Shown: positions 51,927-64,000 of the stretch, piece after piece | Position numbering within the stretch: position 1 is the stretch's first letter | Layout: each line of letters opens with the position of its first letter | DNA from: Eledone cirrhosa | Taxonomy: Eukaryota | Reading direction: 5' to 3' | Assembly: GCA_964016885.1 (NCBI GenBank) | Contig: OZ024741.1 | Span: forward strand, 271,312,001-271,376,000 | DNA: 64,000 nt | Translations under genes and position numbers: made by a program | The notes under the pieces: model-generated | The model's input: the letters and a program-made list of their open reading frames with translations, nothing else | What the model was told of the DNA's origin: nothing | Databases searched by the model: none

Positions 51927-52416
51927 CTAGCAGAAAAATCACCCTTCGGGTGGTTTTCTGCTAGCATGTGTAGTGTGTATATTGATATTATACGCAAGTA
52001 TATATACATGTAGATATGATACATCAAATAAAATCGTAATTCACAATATATAATACACAGAAATTGAACGAAGACTACGTTACACTGTCTTATGTAATCA
52101 GTAACGTAATCCATGATACATTAAAAAAAGACGATATTATATATAAACTGCATTAGGAGAAAATTAATGACAGAAATATATGAATATTTATTTAAGCGAC
52201 TGCTAACCGGAAGTGTTGACATTTGAACATTTTAAAGAAGTGAATCTTTAAATAAGTAATAAAATATATTCAATGAACAGTCACAAAATTTAGTAGATAA
52301 ATTATGTAATATTCATTCATTATTTATTCAAAGTAATCCAACTTATTTTACTAATGGGATAAAGAAAATTATAGACCGTACGCAGTCCCGCGCTCCTTAC
52401 TTTATTATAGTTTAGA
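51927..52416 (-). mobile_element. Candidate small non-autonomous Helitron
   Basis: Minus strand begins A|TCTAAACTATAATAAAG and ends in the palindrome ...CCCGAAGGGTGATTTTTCTGCTAG|T. Confidence 0.4.
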
Positions 52417-52852
52417 TTTATTACGTGCACAAAAAGGCGCCTTAATAAAATGAATTTATTCTTTCTATGCCAAGAAAGTCGGTTGCAAGCTCTGCAACTC
52501 CTCTTAATTTTTTCGTTTGTGGAAATTCCACGGGGCCCGCTAGAATATATATATATATGAAAAATATGAAAACATGGCGTGCTGCGTGGTTGCAGATGGG
52601 TTACATATGTATAAATTTAGTCCTTCATCAGTGATCTTCCAGCCTTCATTGGTATTTCATCCCTTTAAAGACCATATACCTCTGGTTGGTGCGAGCAACG
52701 GCTAAAGAAAGTCGTTGGGACACGTAAATAGGGGGAACGAGCGAGACAGTAAACAAACAAAGATGGTAATGCAACGAAAAGTGAGGAAGAAGGAGTCAAG
52801 TTTCTGAAATCGATGAACATAAGTTCTGTGAAATATATATATATATATATAT

Positions 52853-53444
52853 GGTGGCTGCCAACTCGTTTTCGAGTACGGCCACTACTTTATATCCATG
52901 TAGGAGAACCCCTACCGATGCGCTGAAAGAGTGTGACTTTTTAGTCCAGCCAGCGACTTGAAAACTCTGGTACAAACACTACACTTGTGACAATTATTGA
53001 CACATAGTGCTGGGCCCTTGGTACCATGTGACTACAAGTGCAGAGAGATCTCCAGATATAAAGCAATGCCTGTGCCGTGAAGCTTTTATAGTGAGCAAAG
53101 GCACTGCACAAAGCCAGTCCCACTCTCTTAACCAAGATGATATTTACCAAAAAGAAGAACAAGTCAACATCATTGGATACCATCAGGGTTGCAGGTGTTA
53201 TATCAGAGTTTTCCTTCTCCTAGAATTCTGCCTTGACAAAGGCTAAGGGGTTATCTCTCCTGGTGATTTTGGATGGCCATTGACTCTTAAGAGCTCCTTT
53301 GCCCTTTGACAGGTTTTGTTTTTAGTCCTGCAGGATGTCCAAAGTCACCCTCTTCACCAAGAAAGCTTGGTGGGGTTACCAGTTTAGTCGCCAACGACCC
53401 GACCATGGGATAGGTTGTACTGGAATACATGTTACCAGTAGCAC
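52853..53444 (-). mobile_element. RTE-like LINE 5' UTR fragment
   Basis: Minus strand carries GGCAGAATTCTAGGAGAAGGAAAACTCTGA, which resembles the conserved RTE 5' UTR motif. No ORF. Confidence 0.4.
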
Positions 53445-53450
53445 CATACA

Positions 53451-53486
<36 letters not shown>

Positions 53487-53647
53487 TATAGTAATAATGA
53501 TAAATGTGAAACTAAAATCCAAAGAGGGCTCGATAAGGATAAATACATATCAAATGTGTAAGAACCCTGGAGCAAATATTTATTAAAATAACAGATTAAA
53601 GTTTAAGCAAAGAATCGCTGCTTTCACCCTTAAACTTTAATCTGTTA

Positions 53648-53686
<39 letters not shown>

Positions 53687-54156
53687 TAACGGAACCCGTG
53701 GAATTTCAAAAACATACTTACTTATATATATATGGGGGAGGGGGGGGGGGGGTGAAACAGCAGGCGAGTTTAAAATTAGAAATAGAAGCTTTCGCCGTAT
53801 TTTTGCCTAAAGAAATGTTAGCCTGATAGTGGGGTTTAGAACACTCTAAGAAATGGAAAAAGTTGTGTATTGACGTACTTGGGAGTCGAACTCTTTGGTT
53901 ATCACCAACACATGTACGTCAATACTCATCTTTTTCCATTTCTTTAGTCAAAAATGTCTTTAGTCAAAAATGCGGCGAAAGCTTCATTTTCCAATATATA
54001 TATACATATATATGAGGCGGGGGGGTACCAGCAAGAACTAGGCTGGAAGATGTGGACAGAAGAAGAATTTATTGTGTATTCTATCTTTAACATTTGTTTC
54101 TGTACAACTACGTAACAGTCTACATCCACTGGCTACTTATATGTATATATATGCTA

Positions 54157-54400
<244 letters not shown>

Positions 54401-54617
54401 TTTCATTTATTGATTTATTGATAATTTATCTGAGTGTCCCGAATCTTCCATATCGAACTTTTCGGTTATTTGGTTGATTGTAGACATATTCTACGTGTGA
54501 CGGTATTTTAACGATAGTTATAGCTCTGATTTATTTGAATTATAGAGCCCTCTGCCGCTCATCTCGAATTTTGTTTATCGTGAACTCGTGCGCCGATTTT
54601 TCGATACTCGATTATTC

Positions 54618-54684
<67 letters not shown>

Positions 54685-55730
54685 TACATATATGTGTGTG
54701 TGTGTAATCATGAAGTACAAGTCAATAGGTTATAATTCACTTCGTTTATCCATAGTCGCTGTTATATATATTTCGATGATAACCGTTATGCAACAGTTAG
54801 CCAGAAAAAAAAAACAGAAAAAAAAACATAAAAACATAAAGAAGAAATGAGGCTTATTTCTGTTGTTTCGAGTCATTGATATGCCCCAGGCCAATTTTTC
54901 GTGTTGCTTTCGCAAAGCACCAGTGACATATGATTTTAAATAAGCAGCCTCACAGCATCAGCAAAAGGTGTATGTATAAGGCCGCATCTATTGGTCAGAG
55001 TTAGCTTCACCACAACATCATCAAGTCATTTGAATTCCTTAGTGACGCCATTGCCTGAGATTTGGCTTCAACTTGTTCAGGAATCAGGTCAGTCAGATAT
55101 TGACCTTGTAGATATGTTGCTGTGTCAGATGGAATTGCTTTTAGTGGCAATTCCTGATAGTCAAAGGTCAATGTGGCCTACCTGGTTGGTTTAACGCCAT
55201 CACTTGTCGGTTAAAGGCTTTTAGTAAAGTCCACTCTCGTCCTCAATTCCTCCCACCTAGTTGTCTCGGGGGTCCTGGAAACCAGTCAGGGGCACTTTTC
55301 TTTCGTCCCCTGACGAAACAGTAACGCAACCAACAACAAACAAAAAAAAAAAAATAGAATGTGATTTGAGAAAGAATTTGGCTGCTATTTCTATCGGGTC
55401 TTTTTACAGCACTAAGGATCGCGTTGTTGTTGTTACAATTAATGTTGACGTTGTTTTTAGTGTTTTGTGGATTAACTTTTTATTAATTAAACTCTCACAT
55501 CATTAAGCTGCTCTGTTAAGTAGATTAAGTGAAAGTCATTTGGCTCATGTACCTCCCTCCTCGCATCCCCCCTCCCCTCCTCCCCCTCTCTTTCTCTCTT
55601 CAACTATATTCTTCACTCTTTCGCTCTCCTCCACTTCTCTCTCTCACTCACTCACACACACATATATGTATATCTATATGCATTTATATGTATATGTATA
55701 TATATGTATATATATTTGTATGTATGTATG

Positions 55731-55787
<57 letters not shown>

Positions 55788-56023
55788 TCATATATGTAGT
55801 TTGCTAAGGTTGATCCAGTAGCCTGTTACTCAAGAGTACCACCCATACTTTACAACTTCCTCAGTACTCGACAGTTACAGGCCACTGGCCACTGGGAAGA
55901 CCTTCATAAACAATTAATCTCTACTATGGTATTGAGTACTCGTTTCCACATTCAATCCGGGTGTAGGAGGATTCTCCGGGATTTCTACATCCACCTTCCT
56001 CTCTGGTTAATATAAATACGCAC

Positions 56024-56093
<70 letters not shown>

Positions 56094-56128
56094 AGATTTG
56101 AATGGATACAGTTTAGTTGAAAGGAATT

Positions 56129-56243
56129 TATTGACACGTGTTTCTATAACAGTTACATAACCTAAAACAGCTATCTACAAACTTTTAGTTATGCAGACAT
56201 TCAATATTTCAATGTTATTATTTACTGTCATTTCATCAGAACT
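56129..56243 (-). ncRNA. Type I hammerhead motif with very long stem II
   Basis: CTGATGA-AATGACAG...(about 70 nt)...CTGTTATA-GAAA-CACGTG-TC. Stem I is weak. Confidence 0.6.
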
Positions 56244-56325
56244 ACAACTGGAACCGTCGAGCAAACTCTACGTGAGCTGATAATCTACTGTGTGTAATAT
56301 TTATATTACAACACAACGGAAAATA

Positions 56326-56361
<36 letters not shown>

Positions 56362-56503
56362 ATACTTTGGGAGGGTCATGTTGCCAATAAGAAACACACG
56401 CACCAGTTGCTTTCACTTCAATTTATTATAAATTTATAAATTTATAAATTTATAAATTTCTGGTTGGTTGGTTGGTTTCACAACCAGATAGTTGTTTATA
56501 TAA

Positions 56504-56548
56504 AGTCATAGTTCTTTCGTCACACACTCTGTGACCTCTTCAGTGACT
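56504..56548 (-). ncRNA. Minimal type I hammerhead in the pLTR, about 200 bp after the endonuclease stop
   Basis: AGTCA-CTGAAGA-G-GTCAC-AGAGTGT-GTGAC-GAAA-GAAC-TA-TGACT. Confidence 0.82.
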
Positions 56549-56748
56549 GGGGATTCCTTTCTTTGTTTCTGTGCCTCTCCTTTGTTCTGTCCTACGCCAT
56601 TTTGTTTCTGTGTGTGTGTTGTGTGCTCAGTCTGCGCATGCGCCACATCCGGGTGTCTGTGTGTGTTTATGTTCATTTATTTATTTGTTTATTTACATGT
56701 TACTAGTTGGTTGTTTGTTCTATGTGTGTATGTGTTTTCATTTTGTCC

Positions 56749-57226
56749 TTAATTGTAAGTTGTGATGTTGCTGTTCCACTCATATTTTCTATTTAATTTT
56801 GGTTGTAATTCTTTTATGTTTATTGCCTCTGTAATTTGTCTAAACATTGCGTCTTTTCTGTGTGTAGATTCTATTTTTATTTCTATGTTCTCTAATTTAC
56901 CCTTGTGTTCTATTTTAGCATGTTGGTAGAGTACAGATGATTCTTTATTATATTGAAGGTCTCGCCAGTGTTCATTTATCCGTTCCCCTACACTACGAGC
57001 TGTCTCACCTATGTACACTATATTTTTGTCTCTACATTGTCCTTCAGTACATCTTATGCCATACACTACATTTCTAGTTTTACAGTTAATATGGGGGCTT
57101 ATTTTACAGGTTATACATTTCTTATCTATACATGAGGGTCTTTGAAAAGGGTATGTCTTGCTAATAAGTGTTCTTACGGAGGTACCTGGTCTTTCTACTA
57201 TCTTAATATAGAGTTTATGTTTATTT
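56749..57226 (-). CDS. GIY-YIG endonuclease domain of a Penelope-like retroelement (5'-truncated)
   Basis: VERPGTSV..PF..C..CITC..NCKTRNVVYGIRC..C..YIGETARSVGERINEH..QHAKIEH..RQITEAINI..LNRKYEW. Confidence 0.9.
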
Positions 57227-57246
57227 ATATATATATATATATATAT

Positions 57247-57339
<93 letters not shown>

Positions 57340-57485
57340 CGAAGGAATTGTGGTAAGGAACCAGATGGACCATAACGCACCAGAGTACTCAATACTTAGG
57401 GTAGTAGAGTGGGTAATAGGAAAAAGTATGATCCCAACGGCAGAGCCGTCGAAACGGCTTGAGCTCTGCCGTCGGGGTCATACTT

Positions 57486-57543
<58 letters not shown>

Positions 57544-58407
57544 GCATGTAATCCTTATCATCCCGTGATTATCTAATTATTCTTCAGTATCCTTGTATAT
57601 TAATAAGCTCCCAGAATGGTAAGAATCAGGGTCATATTATTCACGTGGCTAACTAGATTGAGACTAGTGATCTCACAGAGAGTTGTGACCCCCGCATGGA
57701 GGACTAAGAACCCGTAATAAGTCTTTCTTTTTTTTTTTTTGTAGCTAGATGAAAGATCGAAGGATCTTAATCGAAGGACCTTAATACCCGAAAATCTAGG
57801 GTACCGGTCATGGCTTAATACGGGGAAGAATGTGGGAAAGGACACGATCAATAACTGAGATTGAAAGCAGGGCTTCCGTTACGGTGTTGGGGCTGCAGGG
57901 GAGCTTAAGTATATACGACCCAGCGTTTGACCATGGCATATGACGGGGCCTCGTCCCCTAATGTGTCTTGCATGTTCTTATAGATCTCAGCTCGGGTCAT
58001 GCCTTTCAACTGCAGATACTTGATCATTGCTCGATACACGTGTTTCTCCATTTTTAATGAAACGCCTGAAAACATAAAATTTAAGAATCTGCTGAAAGGA
58101 AAGAAAAAGTTGTTTAGGCTGAGACCTGGCTACTACTCTAAAGACATATTTCATTTGCATAGCTATTTGTTTTCTGTGAGAGGCTCAAATCTTTTCAGTC
58201 GTTCTCCGTTGCTAGAATCGGTAGAGCGTCGGACAACATGCTTAGCGGTATGGAGTCATGGCCCTTTACGTCCTGAGTTCAAATCCCGCCGAGGTCAGCT
58301 TTGTAAACCCTTTGTAGTTAATAAAGAAAGCATTATTATTCATCAGATTAGGGCGATGGACTGGCAGTAGAATTCGGTATATTGTTATTAATCATTTGTG
58401 TGTGCAA

Positions 58408-58438
<31 letters not shown>

Positions 58439-58512
58439 GGTTGAACGGGTCCTTTTCAATACACCATCTCTCCGCTCGCCGCGTTACACACACACACACG
58501 CGCGCGCACACG

Positions 58513-58583
<71 letters not shown>

Positions 58584-58616
58584 ACATACACACATACACA
58601 TATATATATATATATA

Positions 58617-61600
58617 TTAATTTCAAGAACGTCAGTATTCCGTGTGTCATAATTCTCGATTATCATTGGTTCATAGGTTTCAAACGTCTCCGCCCACCTC
58701 AACGACGCCAAACTGAAATTAATATGCATAATGCCAATGAGGGAGTGAGAGGGTAGAGTGTAAATGCTCTGTTCAATAACCATTAACATGTGTGCGTGTG
58801 TATGTACGTGCGCGTATGTTTATGTGTGTGTGCGTGCGTGCAGCGTTCACAGAAAGTAAGAACTCTCAACATGTGTGAGTGTGTGGGTGTGTAGATTTGC
58901 GTGCGTGTGCGCGTTTCCATGCGTGTATGTGTGTGGCGTTCCACAATCGCCACGCAGTTTATCTGTCTGTGTGCCTGTCTGTTAGTCTAACATACACAGA
59001 GTTATGAAGGGAGTAAATAGGGACCTTTCTTTACATTGACGGACATCTTTTATATTTATTATTGTGTCATCTTTTGACAATTGCTCGAAATGAATACTGA
59101 TAATAAAAGCAATTCGACTTTATCAACCAGTGAACTACAGCGGCGACGGCGTGCAGCCAGCAATGAAGAAAAACGGGCCGAACAGCGCCATCGGAACGCC
59201 GAACTTCAGAGGCGAAGACGTGCCGCCATGAATGAAGAGGAGCTGGCTTAACAACGCCAACGAAACACTAGAGCCAAGCAGCGACGGCGGGCTGCGATGG
59301 TTGAAGACGAACTGGCTGAGCATCATCAGCAGATGGCCGGAATTCAGCAGCAACGGCGTGCTGCGATGGATGAAGAGGAGCTGGCTGAACAGCGCCAGCG
59401 CAATACAGAAGTTCAGAGAATGTGTCGCCAAAGTGCTCCTCATTCCAGTAAAGAGGCCAGAAGGCGAACGAAAGATATTAAAAATGGATCATGGCAACCG
59501 TGTCATTTTCAGATTGGTGGACGAGCAGAGTGTCCACATTGCGGAGCATTGCTTTGGAGGCACGAAAAGACGCGGACCACAATGTGCTGTCATAAAGGAG
59601 CAGTTCAACTAGAACCCTTGCGAATGCCGGATGATGAGGAGTCACTGGAGTTTAAAATACTAAATATGTGGGGTGATCAAGGAGACCGAGGTAGATTACT
59701 GCGCAAATATTCGCGGCAAATTAACAATTTATTAGCTTTAGCATCGCAGAGAGTTAGTGAGATGTTTAAGAATGGAGCATGGCAACCGAATGTAGTCATT
59801 CAAGGCCGTTTGTATCATTGTATCGGTAATTTAGAAGTTACTCCAGAAGAGAGACCTCGATTCGCTCAAATTTACGTTAACGATCCAGATTATAGTGAAT
59901 CGGAGGAGGATATCAGGATCGGTTGGATGAAGTTGCCGGGAAATATAACTGAACTTGAACGGCAAAGGTTAAGTGATTTGATCCGTGATTTGCAATCATG
60001 GCTTAGACAGTGTAATCCTTATGTTATGATCCTTATGGTGGCTGAACTGCAAAATGTTCAGCAGCAAACATTGGTGATTAAGGCTGACGCAGTGCCAAGG
60101 AATCAACATGAACGGCGATATAATGCCCCTGAAGGATTTCGTGAAGTTGCTGTGTTGATGGACGATAAGCCTGGATCGAGAGATATCGTCCTCAATCGCA
60201 GAGATGGTGGTCTCAAGACAATCAACGAGTCAAATAGGGCATACGATCCATTGCATTATGTTCTTTTATTCCCAATAGGGGAAAATGGATGGAACATGTC
60301 TTTTCTTTTAGATGATCATGAGAATCAGCATCAACAGGGAGGTGGCAATAGACACAATAATTCGATTCGCGACTTTTACGCGTTCCATTTGAACGAGAGG
60401 AATCAACAGAGAAATGCACTATTTCAAGCCACCAGATTGTTCCAGGAATACTGTTGTATGGCATTCGCAAAGATCGAAAATCAAAGGCTAAATTATATAG
60501 CTACACATCAGCAACATATCAGAGCTGAATTGTATAATAATATACAGGATGCCATAACAGCCGATGATGCCAATTACAAGCAAATTGGTCGACGCATCAT
60601 TTTGCCATCGTCTTTCATCGGCGGCCCGAGATATATGAACGTTCGCTATCAGGATGCAATGGCTATTGTCAGAAAGTTTGGAAAGCCAGATTTGTTTATA
60701 ACGGTTACATGCAATCCTGAATGGAGTGATATTAAGGATGCACTTTTGCCAGGACAACAGCCAAACGACCGTCCTGATATTGTGGCAAGAGTATTCAAAG
60801 GATATCTGAAAAAGATAATGGATGATGTGAAAAAAGAGGGAATCTTTGGAAGTATAGTTGCTTTTACATACGTAATTGAATTCCAAAAAAGAGGATTGTC
60901 ACATGCACATTTGCTGATCATTTTACATAGAGATTGCAAATTGAGATGTGCTGAGGATGTCAACAGCATTGTGTGTGCTGAACTGCCGGAGAATGAGGCA
61001 CTACGCAACTTGGTGGCAAAGTCAATGGTGCACAACCAATGCGGTGTGGCAAATCGAAAAGCGCCTTGCATGAAAAATGGCAAATGCAGTAAGCAATTTT
61101 CGAAATCTTTTGTCACGAACACTTCCTGGAACGATGGGGATGCTCATCCCTCATACAGAAGACGGTCGCCTGCAGATGGCGGTTTGGTCGAAAATGTAAA
61201 CGGTCGACAGGTTACAAATCAATGGGTTGTGCCATACAATCCATATTTGATTATGAAATATCGTTGTCATATTAAAGTGGAAATTTGTAGCTCAGTGAAA
61301 GCTTGCAAATATCTATTCAAATATGTTTACAAAGGTCATGATCGGGCAATGATCAATGTCAGGAATGAGGAAACGAACCAAGGAGATGAAGTTGGCAGGT
61401 TCCAGGATGTTCGCTCGATTGGATCTAGCGAAGCTTGCTGGAGATTGTTCGATTTTGATCTCAATGAACGCAAACCCAGCGTTCAGAAACTGACGGTTCA
61501 CTTAGAGAATAGGCAAATGCTATGTTTTCAGGACACTAGAAGAGGTGTCAAAAGAATTGCTAACGCACAACCTCCTAAGGCGCAATTGACTGAGTGGTTC

Positions 61601-63663
61601 AAGCCTAATAGGGAACATGCTTTGAACCCGGATCAAAGGCAACTCTACTGCGATTTCCCTTCGCACTATACGTGGGATAAGAAGGGAAAGAAATGGAATG
61701 ATAGAAAACAAAAGTTGAGATTCATGACTATTGGACGGGTTTGTAATGTCCATCCAGCATCTGGTGATGTGTTTTATCTCCGCATTCTGTTGCATAGTGA
61801 TTTTTCGAGAGGTAAACAGAGCTTCGCTGATTTGAAAACAATCAATGGCGTGGAATGTGAAACATACCAGGCTGTGTGTCAGCATCTGGGACTCCTTCAG
61901 GATGACGCTGAATGGAATAACGCCATGGAAGCTGCAGGAACAACACAGATGCCAGCTCAAATAAGGTAGTTGTTTGTCACGATTCTAGGATTCTGCAATC
62001 CTGCCGATCCAAGAGAGTTATTTGAACGCCATTGGGGAATTATGGCTGATGATTTGAGGCATCATCTTCAGGTCGATGATGCACATTTGATGAAGGCTAT
62101 TGTTTTGCTCAATATTGAGCAACTGCTTGAAGTTCATTTGAAATGTTTAACAGATTTCAATTTGCCAATTCCTGATGAAGAAATGCGGCAACGTGTCTTA
62201 GCATTGAACATGAGATTGCAGCTTAGACGGTTGCCACTCGATCGGAGGGAACTATTCCAGTTTGATCCACTGGAACAGCAACGTATTGTGGATGAACGTA
62301 TGCCAATGTTGACCCAATCTCAGAGAGAATTGGTCGATGGCGTTCTCCACTCGATTTCCACTAATGAGCAACTTTGTGCTTTCATAAATGCTCCAGGAGG
62401 CACCGGAAAGACATTCTGTTTCAACACTATGTTATCGGCAGTCAGAGCTCAGAGGAAGATTGCTCTCCCTGTGGCCACCAGTGGGATCGCTGCCACTTTG
62501 CTGAGTGGTGGAAGGACCTTCCACTCATGCTTCAAGGTTCCATTGGCTCCGGATGAGTTGAGTGTCTGTAACATTACAGGGCAAAGTGAACTCGCGGGCC
62601 TTATACGCAATACGTCTCTGATTATTTGGGACGAGGCTCCAATGGCACACAGATATTTGCTGGAGGCATTGGACAGAACTTTGAGAGATATCTGCGGTAG
62701 TGACCTGCCATTCGGTGGTAAGACTATCGTTCTTGATGGCGATTTCAGGCAGGTGCTACCAATTGTTAGGAATGCTCAAAGAGCGCAAATTGTCGATGCT
62801 TGTCTGAAAAAGTCCCCGTTGTGGCGCAATTTCAGAGTTTTGCGATTACACGGTAATATGCGACTTCGTATGTTCGGGCAAAACGAAGAGGCTGAGACAT
62901 ACGGCCGATGGTTGATGCAGTTGGGAAACGATGAATTGCCACACGTTGCTGATAATCAGAATGTAAGAATCCCAGACCATTTGGTCATGCCACTGGACCG
63001 CCAAGCATTGATTGACTGGGTGTTCCCTAATTTGAATGCTTTTTGGCAGAATATCTCCTGGATATCGGAACGCGTTATTCTAACTCATACGAATGCAACG
63101 GTCGATGAAATAAATTCACAAGTACCCGGAATGTTTCCTGGAGAGGAATGGTTGACCGTCAGTGCGGATGCAATGAAGCCTAATCAGCAGAATAATATGG
63201 ATGTTCCGACTGAGTATCTGAATTCACTTCAAATACCCGGACCCCCCCCCCCCCCCCCTCACATATTTTGAGGCTGAAAAAGGGTATGCCGATTATATTG
63301 CTTAGAAATATCAATCATAAAATGGGTCTTTGCAATGGTACCAGATTGATTGTTGAGAGATTGATTAACGGAAGAGTTTTAGAAGCTAAACTCCCAGGCT
63401 GAGAGGAATCGGTTCTTATTCCGAGGATCATGCTGAGACCAAGTGAAGATCTGCTGCCATTCATTTGGCAAAGGAGACAGTTTCCCGTCAATTTGGCCTT
63501 CTCCGTGACTGTCAGCAAGGCACAGGGACAGACTTTCAAGCGAGTCGGTGTCTACTTGAATGATCCAGCATTCAGCCATGGGCAACTGTATGTTGCTGCA
63601 TCTCGAGTGTGCGATCCTGATGGTGTAAAATTTGCAATTGATACCACTAACAGAGGAACAACC
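58617..63663 (+). mobile_element. Autonomous-type Helitron, 3'-truncated (5' boundary approximate)
   Basis: Contains a Rep/helicase gene. The 3' hairpin and CTAG are absent and replaced by Penelope pLTR sequence. Confidence 0.9.
59090..63663 (+). pseudogene. Helitron RepHel: 23-aa repeats, zinc finger, HUH Rep nuclease, PIF1 helicase
   Basis: ATG at 59090. Motifs CPHCGALLW..CC, LFITVTCNPEW, VIEFQKRGLSHAHLLI, KYLFKYVYKG, APGGTGKTF, IIWDEAPM, GDFRQVLP, RRQFPV..SKAQGQT. Stops at 59249, 61967 and 63400, plus a frameshift at the C-run near 63242-63258. Confidence 0.95.

Positions 63664-64000
<337 letters not shown>

Larger units (their letters stand above)
56356..57226 (-). mobile_element. Penelope-like element 3' end (Naiad-type), inserted in (TA)n
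   Basis: GIY-YIG endonuclease followed by a pLTR with an HHR. (TA)n lies on both sides. Confidence 0.88.

Noticed and set aside
54900-55210. Unique moderately GC-rich stretch as a host exon (also 18660-19200 and 57590-58200)
   Set aside because: Only short frames with no recognisable domain, so it cannot be supported without RNA-seq or BLAST.

Overview
AT-rich, microsatellite-saturated animal genomic DNA. The SINE families and the (TA)n/(CA)n/(GGT)n load resemble a cephalopod (octopus-like) genome, which is an inference. I recognise no host protein-coding exon, and almost all ORFs in the track are translations of simple repeats. The real coding sequence is transposon-derived: a 5'-truncated but stop-free Tx1/L1-type LINE ORF2 sitting in a (TATC)n tract (33416-36149), a near-complete pseudogenised Helitron Rep/helicase (59090-63663), a short internally deleted Helitron with exact ends (49703-50873), a Buster/Charlie hAT fragment, a mariner fragment with an internal inversion, a CR1-type 3' end, and a Penelope-like (Naiad-type) GIY-YIG endonuclease 3' end. 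The main unannotated signal is about 19 type I hammerhead ribozyme (HHR) motifs from about 9 sequence families. Most lie in short Penelope-like pLTR pieces inserted in (TA)n tracts, and many are arranged as fold-back inverted repeats (arms about 55 bp to 1.1 kb) or partial tandem repeats. Two families carry the compensatory U3-A8 core variant. Several satellites (16, 34, 40, 54, 59, 100 and 117 bp units) are also present. All structures were read by eye, and no folding or database search was run.
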